A stretch of DNA of 41,125 nt from Candidatus Geocrenenecus huangii (GTDB taxonomy: Archaea > Thermoproteota > Nitrososphaeria_A > Caldarchaeales > Wolframiiraptoraceae). Location: positions 1 to 41,125 of the forward strand of contig JALNLM010000013.1 in assembly GCA_023254095.1 (NCBI GenBank), written 5' to 3'. The first letter of the stretch is position 1; every line of letters starts with the position of its first letter. Under the pieces are notes generated by a model that worked only from the letters and a program-made list of their open reading frames with translations, did no database searches and had not been told where the DNA came from. A program made the position numbers and the translations under genes. Positions 38,374 to 41,125 of this stretch are shown here, piece by piece.

Positions 38374-39503
38374 ATTCTCACCTCTTGAACATTGTATCCT
38401 TTTTTCCGCATATACCCCAAGAACATTGATTCAAGAGATTTATACGCTGAGTCTAGCTTTTCTTTAATATTTATTATATTAAGTTTCCTATCTCTCCCTC
38501 TCCATTCTATATTATCTGGCCAGTCACTAGATTTAAAAAGGCAGGCTGTGGCAAAATCTCTATGTACACTGAATATCAGAGGAGATGCTCTACGTTGAAT
38601 CTCTCCAGAGATGTATCCTGTACCTTTAACTTGACGTGGGAGACCGAGGATCCATGCTATAAGTTTAAGTCTAAATGGATCTTCACCATTTTCAGGAATA
38701 ACCATTCTTCTTTTCGTTCGTAATGTAAATTCTTGGAGGTCTGTCAAAACTCTTCCAACCTCCTTGCCCTCAAAAGGAATATACCATAGCTTAAAGAAGT
38801 CTGGTGCAACTGATGGTATCGGTGGATAATTCTTAATCTCCACCTGTTTCTTTACAGGTAATGCTTCATTTAGTATGTCTCTTAAGGCATCTGGGAAGAT
38901 CCATCTCTTCAAGCTTTCTGGAAGCCCCACTCTATCTTCAACGATCTTAAAATCTATGCATCCTAGACCTCTTCTACTACCCTTCCCAATTCCGGATAGT
39001 AGAAGCCCAGAGACAAGACTTAAAATAGCGATTCTAACATTTTCATCTTTTACTGTTCTTCTTTCTTCTTGGAATGAGAATAAGTATACACTTAGGGAGC
39101 CTCTAATCGATTCTATATAGTTAAGTATATTCCCTCCAAGTGTTAATAGACTTACTCTAGGAGGTATTCCTGATTGCTTAGGCTTTATCTGTCTGTATAT
39201 GGGAGGCTTATCTCTTGTAAATCTTAATGCTAGCCTCGATGATTGAGATCCTCTTCTTCCTGCGAATCCTAACACCATGCCTACTTCGTCTTTTACTTTT
39301 GTTTCGATATCCGTGTAGCCTTGTAATAGATGTCTTCCAGAAAGGATTGCTCTAAACCACCATCTCCATAAACCTTTAATGCTCTGAGTCCTCAATTCTT
39401 CTTCATGAAATTCTGAGTATGCTTGTGTATCATATCCGCCGATGAGTAAAGGCGTAGAGTTTTCTACGTTCAACTTAAGTACCTCATATATCAAATTGGA
39501 CAC
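38367..39503 (-). CDS. cmr1: Type III-B RAMP protein Cmr1
   Basis: TPLLIGGY, LRTQSIKGLWRWWFRA, GIGKGSRRGLG, LGLPR, RRASPL. Confidence 0.93.
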   Translation of the reverse strand: MSNLIYEVLKLNVENSTPLLIGGYDTQAYSEFHEEELRTQSIKGLWRWWFRAILSGRHLLQGYTDIETKVKDEVGMVLGFAGRRGSQSSRLALRFTRDKPPIYRQIKPKQSGIPPRVSLLTLGGNILNYIESIRGSLSVYLFSFQEERRTVKDENVRIAILSLVSGLLLSGIGKGSRRGLGCIDFKIVEDRVGLPESLKRWIFPDALRDILNEALPVKKQVEIKNYPPIPSVAPDFFKLWYIPFEGKEVGRVLTDLQEFTLRTKRRMVIPENGEDPFRLKLIAWILGLPRQVKGTGYISGEIQRRASPLIFSVHRDFATACLFKSSDWPDNIEWRGRDRKLNIINIKEKLDSAYKSLESMFLGYMRKKGYNVQEVRIW

Positions 39504-39959
39504 CTATTGCACTTTTGTAATTAGCGCTTCTGCAAATTTCTTCAACCATCCAGCAAACCTTAAGGCCTGGTCTTCTATAACCATTAAGTTCTCAGGACTT
39601 GAAGTAAGACTTTCGATGAGTTTTCCTAGTGAGGCATCATTCTTGGATAGATTGATCTTCTCAAATAGGATGCAAAACGAAGCACCATATATGGCATATC
39701 CAGCATCTTCTCTACCTTCTGGAGGCATTTTAGAAAGCCCTGTCAACCATCTGAAAGCATTCTTCACTAAAACTTCTTCCGCTTTAGCGTAGATGTAGGA
39801 GATTGTTGATAGTATGCCTGCCTTAAACAAGTAGCTATAGAGTTCTCTACATCTACTCCTAACAGATTCTTTAACATCATCTGAGCACTCTTCACTAACT
39901 TTTTCTATTATTTTATAAGCTTCTTTTGCTAGTTCCGTAGATGTAAGAATTTTCACCAT
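39504..39959 (-). CDS. cmr5: Type III-B small subunit Cmr5 (Cas11)
   Basis: Small helical protein between cmr4 and cmr1 with C-terminal WLKKFAEA. The ATG at 39959 overlaps the cmr4 stop (TAATG). Confidence 0.88.
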   Translation of the reverse strand: MVKILTSTELAKEAYKIIEKVSEECSDDVKESVRSRCRELYSYLFKAGILSTISYIYAKAEEVLVKNAFRWLTGLSKMPPEGREDAGYAIYGASFCILFEKINLSKNDASLGKLIESLTSSPENLMVIEDQALRFAGWLKKFAEALITKVQ

Positions 39960-40906
39960 TACCACCCACAGAATCTTACAACACCTTTACCTATTGTTTC
40001 ATGTCCTCCTAAAACTACGTAGAAATCTCTTTCATTTACAGACTTAAGGCCCTCCAACAGTTCTTTGAATAATGTTTCTGCATTTTTGCTTTCTATGCCT
40101 TCTCCACCTTTAGGCTCCGACATCATTATGGCCGTCGTAAACATCGTGGATTCCGGAACGTATTCTTCATCCCATAAAGCTCCGCTTACAACTGTCTTCT
40201 TACGATAATCTAATCTCACTCTTGTGATCGAGAATGTAGAACGGCTTAATATTTGCAGGCCGTACTTATCTGGAAGTATTACGACGCGGTCAGTTATCAT
40301 TTCGGATGCAACGGGTATAACTACATTTTTTAAGATTTTTTCGAATGACGTTCTCACCAAGTCTGTTTTAGTGGAATCGCAGTCGAAGACCTTATCAACT
40401 ACCCATATCTTATTGTCTAAAACTAATTCATTATTACTTACTAATGCTTTATCATTTTGATATGAAGCTTCCATTAGCTCACTAAGTGTTTGAACATAGT
40501 CTGATTTTCCTGATAATTCAAAAAGTGTTTTTGTCCTCTCTAATAGTAGATTGGTGGTGATGTATATGAAGCCGAATTTCAAAGAAATAGTTGGAGTTAA
40601 GAATAATCGGGCATCAAGTATATTTAACGCTCCTGCATGCTCATGAGCTCTTTCTCTTTCAGGACCGAAGATCAATCTTTCGACATCTTCTTTGTTAGCA
40701 CCGCTTCTATATGCTGTTCTTAATGCCCCCTTAATGCTACTACCCCATATGCACGGTATTCCCCAGCTATCCCTTTGAATAGGTAGATCGACATGCTCTT
40801 CGAATCCTTTACCACTACCTGCGTGAACCGGCGTTAAAGCATATATTAAATATGGTCTAACTACATGGTAAACGGGTGCAAGAGACATATAACGTGCCTG
40901 AGACAT
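39959..40906 (-). CDS. cmr4: Type III-B RAMP protein Cmr4 (target RNA nuclease)
   Basis: TPVHAGSG, VDLPIQRD, GSSIKGALR, DARL, LW.EEYVP, LGGHETIGKG. Confidence 0.96.
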   Translation of the reverse strand: MSQARYMSLAPVYHVVRPYLIYALTPVHAGSGKGFEEHVDLPIQRDSWGIPCIWGSSIKGALRTAYRSGANKEDVERLIFGPERERAHEHAGALNILDARLFLTPTISLKFGFIYITTNLLLERTKTLFELSGKSDYVQTLSELMEASYQNDKALVSNNELVLDNKIWVVDKVFDCDSTKTDLVRTSFEKILKNVVIPVASEMITDRVVILPDKYGLQILSRSTFSITRVRLDYRKKTVVSGALWDEEYVPESTMFTTAIMMSEPKGGEGIESKNAETLFKELLEGLKSVNERDFYVVLGGHETIGKGVVRFCGW

Positions 40907-41077
40907 GCAATATCTAATGTTGTATTCTCTAGATATAAATTTTATAGAAGCATATATTATATATTTTAAGACTCATATATTGTCTAGGATTTATAAAGTA
41001 AAGAAGCTAAGTCAATAATACATAAGTAAAATGTCTGACGTAATGCTATCAACGAAGTTTTATTTATCTGTTTATTA

Positions 41078-41125
41078 TTATATCTTTGGATGTTCTTTTT
41101 GGATCTCCTTGAGTTGGATCGTGTT
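41078..41125 (-). CDS. 3' end of an upstream gene (partial)
   Basis: Minus-strand frame NTIQLKEIQKEHPKI ending in TAA TAA TAA. Confidence 0.4.
   Translation of the reverse strand, partial: NTIQLKEIQKEHPKI

Noticed and set aside
40907-41125. AT-rich stretch upstream of cmr4 as a CRISPR leader or array
   Set aside because: No repeated 24-40-nt units. Better explained as the cmr promoter plus the 3' end of an upstream gene.
41031-41125. Plus-strand open frame MSDVMLSTKFYLSVYYYIFG running off the window
   Set aside because: Overlaps a more protein-like minus-strand gene end; too short to support.

Overview
Archaeal genomic window, most likely from a TACK-lineage (Aigarchaeota/Caldarchaeales-like) thermophile. 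The taxonomy is inferred from TBP, a PIN-ATPase-KH protein, an intron-containing tRNA and TATA-type promoters. Positions 1-19.6 kb look like ordinary chromosome: a RadB-like 3' end, an OST3/OSTC-like membrane protein, a PINA-type ATPase, a MoxR/DUF58/DUF4129 operon, a HAD hydrolase, carbamate kinase, a BMP-type ABC transporter, GGCT, a methyltransferase-ATP-grasp fusion, a DedA/VTT protein and tRNA-Lys(CTT) with a 17-nt D-arm intron. Downstream of the tRNA is an accessory/defence region: an IS6 remnant, a TBP gene, several pseudogenes, a type IIG-like restriction-modification enzyme and a complete type III-B (cmr4-5-1-6-2-3) CRISPR effector operon. No CRISPR array, cas6 or cas1/2 is in view. 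The ancillary genes of this Cmr system are the most interesting part. (i) A tandem, asymmetric double-Csx3 (Crn3) ring-nuclease-like protein. (ii) Two overlapping unannotated ORFs that each end in a CARF-like Rossmann domain. By motif reading, one carries the His/Cys catalytic part of a caspase-like CHAT protease and the other appears to carry the N-terminal part of a CHAT domain, making this a candidate split, cOA-assembled CRISPR protease. (iii) An ABC-ATPase + PD-(D/E)XK nuclease + unknown trio appended to the cmr operon. All family calls are by-eye motif recognition; no searches were run.
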